Assembly: GCA_013265495.1 (NCBI GenBank)
Contig: MU057989.1
Span: forward strand, 1,069,513-1,133,512
Source: Vicugna vicugna
Lineage: Eukaryota
DNA: 64,000 bases
Direction of reading: 5' to 3'
In this document: positions 1 to 12,929 of the stretch, in pieces
Position numbering within the stretch: the stretch's first letter is position 1
Layout: each line of letters begins with the position of its first letter
The notes under the pieces: model-generated
What the model saw: the letters and a program-made list of their open reading frames with translations, nothing else
What the model was told of the DNA's origin: nothing
Databases searched by the model: none
Translations under genes and position numbers: made by a program

Positions 1-2916
1 ATTTTGCTGGAGCTTTGCCCAAAAAAGGGTATGCTGGCTCTCTGTGTGCATAAATGATCATCAAATAAGAACTGTAGGGAGCTACAGCGTTATTAAAGGT
101 AAATATACTTCTTGAAATCTCCATTTTAAAAAGCTGAAAAATGACTGCCTGAACTAAGCCGTTCAATCCCACATTTCCTGGGTCCTAAATAAACATCTGG
201 GTTTCAATCATCTGAGTCTCTGCCTTATAGTTCTTCCCGGCACCCAGGGGCCCAGTTCACGTTCCCAGGCACCTCCCCACCCCCTTCCTTAGGTCCTTTA
301 AAGACGCCACCCGTAGCCTCTAATAAACCACTCAACACTCAACTGTTCCTCGAAAACCGGTTGTCGCCTTCTCAGCCTTCTGGTTTGTTCCATGTCTGGG
401 GCACAGTTTCACACACATGCGGAATGTGTGGAGTTATAATCTTCCTTTCTTTGTGCAGGTAACACATATTATTGAGCATCTGCTATACGCCAGGCTGTGT
501 TTCCGGTGCTTGGAATACAGCAGTAAATAAAACATGCGAAAATTCCTGCTCTCAAGACACATTCAACTGGGATGGAGACAGATCATAAACAAAGTAAGTG
601 AGTCAAATGCACGTTGCGCAGGATGGAAAGGAGAATGGCAGGGCAGTCATTCCAGGAATCACTATTCAGAACAAGATTCCTGTGAAGGGAATTCCTGGAG
701 TTGGGCTTTCTGGAACTTCCACAGCTGTCCTGGGGGGTAGGATTTGCTGGGCTGGGGCTACTCTCCAATTTGTCAACAGGTAACTTACACTTGGGTCTAG
801 GATGTCTTTCATTTTATTGTTCTTTACCTTCATTTACCAATATTCACAGGTACAGGTCCCTCAACAAGCATTAGAGGGAAGATACCGGAGACAAATCCTG
901 CGTGGCTCTGTAATTGTCAATCATAGAAATGTAAATTAAAGCTTCCGGAGAGGTTCAAGACCCACAAACCATTTCTCCCGTAGAGCTATTTCTTCATATA
1001 AACATGCATATATTACTAATTTTCTTTTCAAAAATAAGAGGGTAAACTTTAGCTCAGTCTCTCTGAATGAACACATCAGCCAAACAGAATTAATGAGATT
1101 TTAATATCTATAATTTCTCTACTCCTTCACAATGTTACTAAATGAGTAAAAAAGCTACCAAACACTGCCAGTTTGTATGAAAAGGACTCAGGGGCCAACT
1201 CGAAAGGGCTCCCATGGACCCAAGATGGGACCATTTGAGCATCAAAAAAAAAGAAGGGTATCTTTAATGGAGTGAAATACACCAAATAAGCTAAAATCCA
1301 ACAGTTCACACTGATTCTTGAAAAAAAGTCATTGGTCACCTTCAAAGGATGTTAGGAAATCAACTCAGCCTGAAAGCTGGTAAATAACGGGAAATAACAA
1401 GCAAATAAAACAAAAACTTCTAAACATACACAGGTTCCCAAGATTCTGAGATTTCACAATGGTTGAGATAACAATGTGCCTGAAAACACTTTGTGAACAG
1501 GAAAGAGCTAAACAAAGAAAAGTATAGTTATTTTTCTGTTGTTGCTGCTGCTAAGAAAATTGTCCCCACTTTCGTTAACATTAGCTAGTAAATCTAATCT
1601 CTACTGAGAGCGCCAAGGACTTTTCTAAGTACTTAATATTATTTTCTCCATTAATCCTCACAACAATTCTATGAAGCAGATGTTTCTAATCACTAGTGTT
1701 TTCTAGTACAGTCCCTTGGGATTGAATACAGGCCCCACCACTTAGTAGCTGCTTCTAGCTGTGTGACCATTGCAAGTACTTAACCTCTCTGTGCTTCAGT
1801 TCCCTCACCTATAAATGGAGATGATAAGTGTCCCTACCTCCCAGCCCTATTTGTAATAAGACCAATAAGTCTAGAGTGTATCTGATTAATGTCTCTTTTC
1901 CCTTCCAGGCTGTAGACTCCAAGAGGGCAGAGGGCTCTATCTCCAGAACCTAGTCCAAAGAGTAGAAACTTACTTGATATTTATTGAATAAATAAATGAG
2001 TTTACAGCAGAATACAACAGAGCTGATTAACTGTTCTAGTTCAAACCTCATCCAATATCTCCAGAGTTCCAAAGCTAAAGATTTTCCCGTAACTCCTCAA
2101 CTGTCAAGGGTCACATAATCTTAAGTACCTCTAAGCTCTGGGGAACCAGAAGCGGCCCAAGAACAATACTGCCTAAACTCCCTAGAGTTTTCAGTAAAGA
2201 AGCTGCCAAACTTGGCAGCTACAATTAACCCAGGGCAAGTTACTGGTGTTCTGTATTTTGGACACTTACCCTTTTTAATGTGAGAAACTGACATAATCAC
2301 AGTCCCTGGTGTTTTCTGGGTTTCAGTCCCAAATTATACAAGACATGCACCAAACAGAGTTCAGGGGGAAAAAAACCACTCTCAAGTGCAGTACAAAATG
2401 TGACTCATCCAGGCAATAGAGCCGGTTATTATCTACCAAACATCTGTTGGAGTCAACTCACTATGCTAATAAGTGTTTTACTTGAACCGTCATCTCAGTT
2501 GAGTCTCCCAATAACCCTCTGATAGAGGTACTGTCATTCCTACATATTGAAGAGTACCCACCAGCTTGCCCAAGATTCCACAGTTCAGAACTGAACCGAA
2601 TCCAAACTTACGGGACACCAGAACCCATGCACCAGACCACTGCACTATTCTGCCAAATGGGGAGACCTGCAAAACCAAACTGAACAACCAAGTTGACAGT
2701 CTTCCTCCTGACCCTTGAACCCCAGCAGAAGAGATCTGGCAGAATCACAAAGGATTTTTTGAGAAAAAGGAAATGTATGAACTCAAGTCCCTTGCAACTT
2801 CCACAGTAAATGTCATATGTCTAACCTAGTCCAGTCTGCATTGTCCCATCCACATGAGAACACGTGTTTAGGTAGTAGCTGCAAAACCGTCACTCTTCCT
2901 CTCTTGTCACTTAGGG

Positions 2917-4353
2917 AACCAGTTCTCAGGCTGTGGTGCACAGACTCGCAAGGGTCTCCCAGCCTTCTGTAGGGCATGTGTGAGGTCAAAACAATTTTCA
3001 TACCAACACTAAGACATGATTTGCCTTTCTCAGCCTTGACATTGGCAATGACAGTGCAAAAGCAACCATGGATAAAGCTGCCGATGCCTGACTATGCATC
3101 AGGGGGTGGTACCCAACTGTGCTGGTCATCAGCAAGTTCTGTACCACTCCACACTTGCAGAAGGGAAAAACAGTCCTTTTCACTTTAGAATGTTGTCTGA
3201 TGAAGCAATAAAAATGAACAATTGTGTTAAATCTTGAGTGCTCGTCCAAAGTTCTGTGGGACACGATGGGAACACACCTACAGTGTGAAACAGTTGCCAC
3301 AAAAAGCAGCTGCGCACCCGTTCGGGCTGCAAGCCGAACTAGCTGCCTTTTTGATGGAACATCATTTATATGTGACCCACAGACAAACTGTGGTCGCTCA
3401 GACTTTTGCGCATCTTGTAGTCTGTTTCTGAAAAATGAGCGAAATGAGTCTGTCACTTTCAGGGAAACAACTGAGAGTATTTGTTGCCAGTGATGAAATT
3501 CAAACTTTCAACTGAAAAACAGAACTTCGGAAAACTTTTATCTGCCACTGTGAAGCTCGCACCTTCCCTATGTTTAAAGACTTGGCTTATACCAGCATCC
3601 GGAAGATCTGCACAACTGAAGGAACCATTATTTTCCAAATGACCGATGCATGATATTACCAAGTTACACCTGGGTAAAGGTTCATTCAAAAATCCAGTGG
3701 GGTTTAAATAGCATTCAAAAAAACTGATCAGTAGGATTTCAGGTTCCATATTGCAACTAACCCTTAAAAAAACTGACACTTGTTGGGTGCTGGTGCAGTA
3801 TCAAAGAAAAATATCCACAGTTTTCTAAAAAGGCTATTAAAGTGCTCCTCTACTTTCCAACTATATTATCTCTGTAGAGCTAGATTTTCTACACATTCTT
3901 CAACATACTGCAACAGACTGAATACCAAAGCAGTGAAGAAAATCTAGCTGACAGACTTAAAAATGGTTAATACGGTAAAATTTTTGTTACGTGTATTTTA
4001 CCACAATTTTTGAAAATCCAGCAGTTTTTTGATTAATCCAGACATTAAAGAGATGTGCAGAAATGTAAAACATGCTACTCTTCCCACCAAATTTCTTTGC
4101 TTATCAAGAGTTATTTTTTAAGTAGTTATTTTTATAAAAATATGTTATTTATATTAACAGTGATGGGCACAACAGGTCTAGTGTTATTTTGAAATGAATT
4201 AAGGAAAGATTTCTTTAAATGTCTCAATTGTTTTTCCCATTTCTAATACAGTAAATATAAGTAGATCATGTATATGAACAAAAGCTCTTTAGTTTCCCCA
4301 GTAATTTCTAGGGATGTACAGGGTCTGAAGGCCAAGAAGTTCGAGAACCACTG
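2917..4353 (+). mobile_element. hAT-Charlie DNA transposon relic (Charlie1-like, ~1.4 kb) containing a tiny L1 3' fragment (~3950-4012)
   Basis: Left end ccagttctcaggctgtggt...gtgaggtcaaaacaattttcat and right end ...aagttcgagaaccactg resemble Charlie1 termini. The internal L1 piece is flanked by gaaaatctagc / gaaaatccagc. Confidence 0.7.
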
Positions 4354-4945
4354 GCTTGTGCAAAGGCTCAGAAGTCAGTCAGAGCTGTTCCTGATCATCC
4401 CAGCCCTGGAATTCTACCCCCTTCTCAAGTCTGTTCTTGTCCCCTGCTCCCACCCCCTGGGTCAGAGCTGTCACCACCACCACCAGCCTCTGAAGGCTTG
4501 ACCTTCTGGCCTATTCTGAGGGAATGAGCCTCTCCCCTTGCTTCAGCAGAACACGCTGGGCATTTTCTTACAAGTACAGCATAAGCAAATGCTGGTGAAA
4601 ACAATAAAAAAAACTGATTTATAAGAGCAAGCAACTTTTACAAAGTACAGTTTCCTTCGCCAAAGCTGACCCAAGTTAAGCCACCGGTTGGCCTGGTAAG
4701 CAAACTGTCACAGCTTCTCCAGCCTCCCTAGGGGAAGGCCACCCCGGCCTCGGCCTACCTGTCTGTCTGCAATAGCCCTGGCCAGCCTGTTTAAAAAACT
4801 CTCACCTCGTTATAAAATTCCCTCCAAGAATGCTAATTCCTACTCGGAAAGAGGTCTTTAGGTGTCTCATGTGCAAAGTACACATGATGATGCCAAGAGC
4901 CACATGGATGAAGAACTATGTGGTATCAGGGGCTCCCTACCACAA

Positions 4946-4983
4946 GCAGGACAGCAGACCTGCAGGACAGCAGACCTGCAGGA
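4946..4983. repeat. 16-bp tandem duplication (gcaggacagcagacct x2.4)
   Basis: Directly visible. Confidence 0.9.
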
Positions 4984-5137
4984 TCTCGTGATTAATGACC
5001 ATACGTACTCTTACAATATCAAAATCCCAACTGAAATACCAAGACTGAAATCACCAAGAAAGACAAAAATTTAGGCACATGTGTACACATGACAGAAAAT
5101 TCAATGTGTTCTTTTTTTTTAAGGATTATTATTTCCA

Positions 5138-5280
5138 GGGGGAGGGTATAGCTCAAATGGTAGAAGGCATGCTTAGCGTGCATGAGGTCCTGGGTTCAAT
5201 CCCCAGCACCTCCTCTAAAAAAATAAATTACCTACACCCAAAATAAAAAAATTTTTTTAATTTAAATTTTTTTTTAAAAA
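5138..5280 (+). mobile_element. tRNA-Ala-derived SINE (camelid vic-1-like)
   Basis: ggggagggtatagctcaaatggtaga...gggttcaatcccc head with Pol III A/B boxes and A/T-rich tail; degenerate TSD aaggattattatttcca (5121-5137) / aaggattgttactcca (5281-5296). Confidence 0.88.
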
Positions 5281-8200
5281 AAGGATTGTTACTCCATAGC
5301 AAAGTATACAGGCAACACTGATCAGTAGGCAGAAACATAGTTGTTATCTGAACCAGGCTGGCAGGTAGACAAGAACCCCTGAAATTTCTTTACTTATTCT
5401 ATTTGCTTGTTTTTAATTTTTTCCCCTTCTTAGCTGTTCTACCTGAAAAGATCACCCTCCTTCCTTCTTCATTCCACCAGCAATTCAGCAAACCATATCC
5501 TTAACTTTCTTTGCCAAAGGCTGATTCAACTCAAAAGCTGGTCCTCAGAATTAACAGCTGTGTGCTCCTTCTGGAAGCTGTACAATTTGTTCTGAAGGAG
5601 CCTGAATAAACTGTCATCAGGGGCTGCCTGAGCACCGACTCCACAGCTGTTTGTCATCTCCCATCCCAGATGTCAGGCCAAATTTTCTGCCTCATCTTAT
5701 CTCTGCCCCTTGCTATCCGAGAGGCTGTTTCAACGTGCACAAGAGAGTCCGCTCAAGAATGCAGGTAAGCGTGGAAGTTCTCTTCAACATGACTTAAGAG
5801 GGGACACTGAGCGGTCAGCTATGGGCAAGCAAACAGTGGCAAAGGTGACAAGCTTAGTGGGGGACAAGCTGTCCAAGCTGCCGGGTGAAGCCAGGGGTGC
5901 ACCTGAACAAGCAAACTGCACCCTAAACTAGAACTCAGCCAGGGCTCCTAGCTGGCAGCTGGCAGGGAACCAGGGAGCCCAGACTTCCAGTTTGGGACAG
6001 CTGCTGGCCAAGGATGAACTGCCGAGTGTCTCCATCCACTGTGTTTGAGGAGTGGTCCAAGACAGGGGCTAGACAGGGACTCTTCCAAGTGCCACCTCTC
6101 AGCACATGGTGAAGCGCTCAGTCACTGAGGTAGCCAGCTGGTGACCTTCTCTCCCAATGCACACAAACAGAGCTTGCCCTGAGCTGCTCTGCAGCTGAAA
6201 AGCCTGGTTTGGGGGGAAAGTCTTGTTTTGCTTCTGCAGCTGACAATGTGACAGCCCCCAATACTCCCTTCCACAAACACAGGAGTGCTGGTGTGGATTT
6301 GGGGTAGCTGAGCACCTTTGTTTTATCTTCCTGGTATTTAAGAGGGGAAAATTAGATGTCTGTGGGTATTTTCCAAGAGTTTAACTTCCCCTGTGACTCT
6401 ACCTATGAAAGGAAAAATCAACATTCTAGACAAAAGCCCTCACCTTTTTTGCTTGTAGCCCAAGGCAAGAACAGAACAGCCAGTACCCTCCTGGCCTGGT
6501 AGTTCTCCCCAAATGGTACAGAAGGACCCTCTTCCTATCACTCAAATCAGGCTATTCCTCCCTAATCTTTAATGATAATTGCCCCTCACTTTTCCGATCA
6601 CTTCCAAAATCCTTGTCCTATGCTGACAATTCTTTCAACCTTCTCTCTCAGTGACTGGCCAGCCACCTTATCTAAAATTTCAAACACACACACATTCCAC
6701 ATCCTCCTTCCTGCTTTGTTTTCTCCTTAGAACATAACACAAAACAAACTGTATATTTTGTTTACTGTCTAACTCTCTTATTAGAACAGAAGCACCACGA
6801 GGGCAGAAATTGTGTTTTGTTCACTGTTACATCTCCAGCTCCTAGAAATGTGCCCAACACAAAATAAATTATTTGTTGAATGAATGAACAAACAAGCCAA
6901 GGGTTCCTGGCCTATTTTGTATTCTACAACTTGATCCTGCATTTTCCACTCACACCATAGACACTTCAAAGACCTCTCACTCACCCCTGACTCCAAATTG
7001 TGTCCCCAGGTCAATTCCAGAAACCTGCAAAGCCATCTCCTGTTCAATCAAGCCCCTCCCCGAGTCATCTGCTTAGATATGGCTATACGTCCAATCCAGT
7101 TGATCTTACCATTGCTCACATCTGTCCCATCTTCCCCACCGCCACTGTTGTTACCTTGGTCCAGGCCACCATCACCCCTGCCTGGATTTACTGAAACAGC
7201 TCACTAATCTCCAGTCTCATACCCTTCCAACCCACATTCCCTAGAACTTAAAGAGGAAACTTTCTAAAACTGCAAATCATATCACCTAAGCTGCCTGCTT
7301 AAAAGTCCATCAGCAGCTCCCCCTTACCTACAGGATCGAATCCAAACTCTTCCCTGTGTGACCACAGCCCTCCATGTCCTGGTGAACTACTTAAACTGCC
7401 CAGCCTACCAAGAAACGTAACCCCAAGCCTTTGCCCACGCTTTCCTCACTGCACAGAATGTTCTATCTCCCTGGAGAGCCACTGCTCGATATCAAGATCC
7501 CCCTCAGGGACATGCACCTCTCTACAGCATTCCTGACTCTCTACTCAATGACCTCAGCGACCCTGAGCTCACCCAGGTCAGGATCCGTCACGACTTCACC
7601 TGCGCATCCACATGGCCAGGCCCCATCAGAGCACAACCAAGATGTCTGGGGAGTGAGTGAACGTGTAGAAATAAAATCCACTTTCCAAGTCTGTTAAGAC
7701 AAATCAGAAGAGCAGCTTCCTTTCACACTGCCAGGCTAGTTCTGGAATCCTCAGTCTACTGTACGACGTTCCTTTCTACAGAGTCCTCAACTGGGTATTT
7801 TTCACCCCTTATCAGAAAAGCGGATGAGAGGAAAAGCTAATGCCCAACAGTGCACAGAGAAAACGTCTGCCACAAACCCAGAGAAGGGCTGAAAGGAATC
7901 TTACATATACAACCTGAACCCCTCTGTATGAAAAGGGTCTTCAAAAACTGTGCTATCATCTCAATTTAGCAGATTTGTACAGTGTCAGGAAAACTGAACT
8001 GTACGATTTCAAAAAAGGTCAGGAAGTTGTGGAGACATCCTCTATTACTGGAGTCCCATCCACAGAGGTTTTCAAAACGAGCTGAATAAAGCAAAAATCA
8101 TGGCCTCAGGGAAACTGTTAGAGGAGAGAATACCATAAAAAAAAAATCACTGGTTTAGCTAAGCCTTCTGTCTCTCCCTATCTCCGAAGACTTTTCCTTA

Positions 8201-10186
8201 TAAATATATAGTGTACACAAATTCAAAGAAAAAGTTAATTTACTAAATTTACAGTATGTGAGTTAAAAAAAATCAGCAAACCTATTCTAGCATTTTTTGG
8301 TCAGTACCTTTGAGACCTTTGATGTATAGGTTGAAAATAAAATTACACAGAAATTAACAAAAATGGGTATTGCCAAAGAGTCAAAGACTTGGCAAATTCC
8401 AGACATGCTTAATGATTCCATCTGTTTTTATTTTTGAAATACAAGTAATATACTGTTCAAAGTACCACTTACAAAATCGCTATCATTGTCACACTTAATC
8501 TAATATAGTACAGCCCAGCTCCATTCTCTGGAATCTGTCCCATAATCCCTGAGGACAAAGCCTACAACACCCAGATCCTAAAGATGCCAAAATGTCGAGC
8601 AGGGATTAGATCTGCACCCCATTCCCCTGGAACCTCAGACTCCAGGGCAGGAGCCACCCTCCTACAGAGGAAGACGCGTGTCACGGCAGAATCTCTCAAG
8701 TGAACTGTAAAGTGTAGTTTCTGATCTCATCAACGTAGCACTGAAAGCTCTCTACAGAGAGGGAACGGGAACTAGCAGGTGAAAATATTTTTCTCCTATA
8801 CCTGCAAAATCTTCAACTATCAGTAAATTCTTCAACTACTAGCAAAATTAATAAAACAAAGAAAATCAGGAGAAGGATACATTTATCACCAGGTAAGAAG
8901 TAAGTAAATGATATGGGGAACTCTGATCACAAGGAGAGAAAGTATCAACTGAACATACAGGACTGTGTCCAGGCTGACAGCCCACAGAGGCCCTCAAACT
9001 CAACCACTTACCGTGGCTGATTTATACCCTCACTTCTCCATCTCTGATTCAAGCCGTTACTTCTCTTTCTGAGGATTCCCTTCCCTGGAGCTTTTCATTG
9101 TGTGATTACGCAGTGTGGGGGCACCACAGAACACAATACAGCTTTAAAAATGTTGACTTTTTAAAAATCAATGTTATTCTCTACACACTTCCAAAAAAGG
9201 TGTTTCCCTCAATGTGGAAGATTTTAGTAAAATATAATGCTTTTTAAAAACGGAAAGGGAGAAGATGTTAGTTATTTAGAATTTGTAACTTTTGGTCCCA
9301 CTTACTTAGACATTACTTCCCAGACCTCAGATTTTTGGTCCTATGTGAAAATAATAAAAATAAAACAAAAGGAGAAGCTCAGTGTAAACATCAAGAACAG
9401 CAGTAAGGAGCTTAAGACAGGGATAAGGGACCAGACACTAATCTGAGGGGATAGGAGTAAGGGGTCTAAACACTGTTCTGGGGACATTTTTCACTTTCAA
9501 ATTGCCTCATCCTTTAAGAAGTTCAAAATTTTAAAATGCTGAGGTCTATCAGGTAAGACAAAGACCATGATGAGAAAGTATCATTAAATAAATGAAAGCT
9601 GAAAACGCAAACATTTTTTAAAAAGAGATCGAGGGGAAAGGCAGTGTGCACTTAAGAGTACCTAATTCAATCTAATTCTCAAGAGTCCTGCAGGGCTGAG
9701 CCGACTTCCTTATCCCAGCAAAGTGAGGCCTAGAGAGGAGAAAGGTTTTTTTTATTCTTTACATTTTGGGGAAAAGGCATAGAAAAAAATGTTTCAGTGG
9801 GGCTCAAGGGTGATCAAATGGACTGCAAAGGCAATTCCTTATAGTGCTTCAAAGTTTTAACTGCTGACAGGCTCCAATCCCCTTACATTCATCAGACCTG
9901 CCCCCAGAATATTAGAAACATTAAGAGCCGACTGGCAGGATACACCTTCTCAAAGTTCTCCTTTCTTCTAAAGGTCTCATCTAGGTCAGCACTGTCACGG
10001 TGTGAACAGGTCTGTGATATCTGACTCAGTGGAGGAAAAGTCCCACTGGCCCTCGGGTGCCCCCGTGGTAAGGTGTCCGAGACAACCGATCTGCCTCAAG
10101 ATACTGACACTGGAAAGAGATTGTTTTGTTTTTCCAACACAAACAGGACTAGGGAGGGAGATGACAAGGCAAAGAAATGCACATAC

Positions 10187-11879
10187 CTTTCAACTGGTCA
10201 GCAACCACACTCTGGCCGAGACGCTCAGTAACCTTCCCATCTTCCATTTCGTACCGGTCATCTAGGTATTTTGCAGTGGCCTCGGAAATGTGAACCTTGC
10301 CAGCCACTCCCAGCTGCTCCATGAGATTGGCCAGGTTTACATCATTGGACCACACATCAAATTTAAACCTCCTCATGCCCAAGATGCCACACAAGACGGT
10401 CCCCGTGTGAACCCCAACACGCATGTTCACCATCTCTTTCTTCTCCTGGCAGAACTGCTCGATGGCTCTTATCATGCCCAAGCCCATTTCGATGCAGCAG
10501 TAGGCATGGTCGGCCCGGGGTTCCGGACACCCAGCCACACAGTAGTAGCAGTCTCCCAGGGTACTGATTTTCTCACACTTGGTCTCCTCACACAACTGGT
10601 CAAAGCGGCCAAACAAATCGTTGAGGAGACCCACCAGGGCATGGGCGGACTTGTTGGCACTCATCTTGGTGAAGCCCACGATATCTGCAAATAAAATACT
10701 GACTTCTTCGATCTGCTGCATCTTAAACGGGCGGAACGCAATGGGGGCTTTCTGTATGGAAGACTTTTTCTTCCTGTTCTTGGGGCTGGAGGTGGCGTGC
10801 CTTTTAACAGAATTCTCACTCTCCTCGTCCCCCTGTTTCATCAAGTCATCAGCTATAATTCTTGGCATCACAGAATGAATCATCCTCTCTTTCAGGGCTT
10901 TTTCCACTTCCAGATCCTTCCCATGCATGATGGACTGTCCCACCTTGAGGAAGGTGCTCCTGGATCTCACCTGTGACATGATGAACAGGTGGATCCCGAT
11001 GGCATGAACACAGACATGGAGCAGGGCTCGGCTCAGCAGCTCCCACTGTGGGGCCCCCGCTCCAGGCCAGGGGAAGCAGTCTTCGTCTCGGAAATGATAC
11101 CCAAAGGTCTCAAAAAGAACAGAATAGGCCACTCCCAAAATCAAGCTCAAATACAAAGGTAAGTGCATGACGGTGTAGAGCAAAAAGAGCACTTCAATGC
11201 ACATGGAAAAGCTCCCCACTTGAGATAAGCAAGTGTCTGCCGACTTGGCTGCAGGAGTATGATTGGAACTGTCAACTCGTCCTGAGAGAGGCGTCAAGAC
11301 CTGAAACTGGGCAGCCAGGGTCAGGGCAAACACCAGGAGAGTGAGAACCAGCGAGGTCCACACATAATGCCGGGCATACAGCTTGGTGAAGGTAAACAGA
11401 AAAAAGCCCACACACACCACGAGGAAGCACAGAGCAGGGACTACCATGACAATCAATTTGGATCTCATATGTACCCCAAAATAGATGCTCCAGAGAAGGC
11501 AGGCGAAGCCGATGTAGAACAGCGCATACCGGAAGCGACGCTGGGTCTGCGGGAAGCAGCGCTCCATGCAAGCCTCCTCCAAGTTCACAGAGTCAAACTT
11601 GGGGTCCCACCACCGGCTGGAGGCCCTCTCGAACAGCTGGGGCAGCTTCTTCTGCCTGCGCAGGCGGCCTCCGGCGCCCATTCTCCTGGGGATCCCTCCT
11701 GAGTCCCCGGAGCTGCTACAGCTGGAGGAGATGCTGTACTTGCAATGTTTGGGGTGGCTGTTGGAGGACAGCTGCTTGGGGTTGATTTTGACCCTCACGC
11801 TGTTGCTGTCTCCGCTGGAGTCACAACTCACCTCGGTGCTGTGGTGCTGCAGCAGCTGCTGGTGGGGCGGGGAAGCCAT
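10187..11879 (-). CDS. ADCY9: Adenylate cyclase type 9, first coding exon (N-terminus, TM1-6, C1a catalytic domain); the gene continues beyond the left edge of the window
   Basis: Translation MASPPHQQLLQHHSTEVSCDSSGDSNSVRVKINPKQ... is recognisably ADCY9. It has six hydrophobic segments and class III cyclase motifs VSILFADIVGFT, KISTLGDCYYCVAG, MRVGVHTG and FDVWSNDVNLANLMEQLGVAGKVHIS. ATG at 11879 is in strong context (aacATGG). Acceptor CAG at 11930-11928 (exon starts 11927); donor AAG|GTATGT after 10187. Coding length is 1693 nt (phase 1). Confidence 0.98.
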
Positions 11880-12118
11880 GTTGCCAAGCGCTCGGAACCC
11901 TCCCCGGCCGGCCGGGGTCACCGGGACCTGTCAGCGAGACGACCAGTTACACTGGGATCCGTTCCCACACAAGTAAGAACACCTGAAGGCCACGAGCTCT
12001 ACCGATTCCCTGAGTAGGGGCCCCGGCGGTCTACTGGGGAAGGCACCATACGCTCACAACAACTGTGGGTAATGTCTGAGCACCACTCTACCGTCGTTCC
12101 CCGCGCCCCGAGGCTGAC

Positions 12119-12839
12119 CGCAGACACTGGGGCCAGACCTGGAACACCCGGGGGTCCGGAGCGGTGGCCGCCCCCGAGCCCGTCCAGCGCCGCCCGAGCC
12201 CCCGGTGCGTTTCCTCGGCGCGCACTCGCCTGCTCCGCCGCCGGCTCCGAGGAAAGTCCAGCCGAGCCCTCTCACGCCGCGGGCCGCTCTCGCAAACACA
12301 GCTCTGCCGGCGGCGGCGGCGGGCCCCTCATGCTGCGCAGAGAGCGGCGCCTCCGCCGCGTCAAGGCCGGTGGCCGGACCCCCGGACCCCGCCCCGCACT
12401 CCGCGCCCTCGAGCTCGGCGGCCCCGCGGGCAGCGGCGGCGGGCGAGCGGCGAGGCCCGGCGCCCGGCGCGAGTCTGCGGAGCCCGCGGTGCTGTGGCCG
12501 CCCCCGTCGGCGCGGCCCGTCTAGCGGAGCCTGACCCGGCCGCGCCGCCCCTCCCGGCCTCCGGGGCCGACCCAGCGGGCGAGGATGCCCCGAGCCCCGG
12601 AGCCGTCAGGCGCCGAGCGCAGGGCGCGGCGGGCGCGGGCCCCTCAGCCGGCTGCCCGTGCGCGGCGCTGCCGCAGAGCCCGCTCCCGCGACGCCGACCC
12701 GGGACGCCCGCCCACGCCCGGGGCGGCCTCCCGAGCTAGAGATGCCGCCGCGGCCGCGGCCGCCGCCGAGCCCCGCGCTGCCGCTGCCTCATGTCGGAAG
12801 AGCCGCCGCCGCCGCCACCACCATCTCCGGCCCCCTCCC
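12119..12839 (-). other. ADCY9: Probable non-coding first exon / 5' leader of ADCY9 (boundaries uncertain)
   Basis: GC-rich segment upstream of the exon acceptor at 11928. Candidate donor GCG|GTCAGC at 12119/12118 would give a 191-nt intron; an alternative GC-type donor CAG|GCGAGT lies near 12230. The 5' end runs into the N gap, so the TSS cannot be placed. Confidence 0.5.
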
Positions 12840-12929
12840 NNNNNNNNNNNNNNNNNNNNNNNNNNNNNNNNNNNNNNNNNNNNNNNNNNNNNNNNNNNNN
12901 NNNNNNNNNNNNNNNNNNNNNNNNNNNNN
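12840..12929. other. Assembly gap (90 N) inside the CpG island
   Basis: Run of n characters. Confidence 1.

Larger units (their letters stand above)
1..10186 (-). other. ADCY9: Intron of ADCY9 following the first coding exon (partial)
   Basis: Starts with GTATGT on the minus strand at 10186; no further cyclase-like exon recognised; repeat-rich. Confidence 0.85.

Noticed and set aside
5138..5213. tRNA-Ala gene (here and at the six similar loci)
   Set aside because: All copies have A-rich tails, TSD-like flanks and scattered mismatches, which indicates SINEs rather than functional tRNA genes
11880..11921. 14-codon N-terminal extension of ADCY9 in the ORF track
   Set aside because: It starts at a GTG in weak context; the ATG at 11879 has strong context and gives the known MASPP N-terminus
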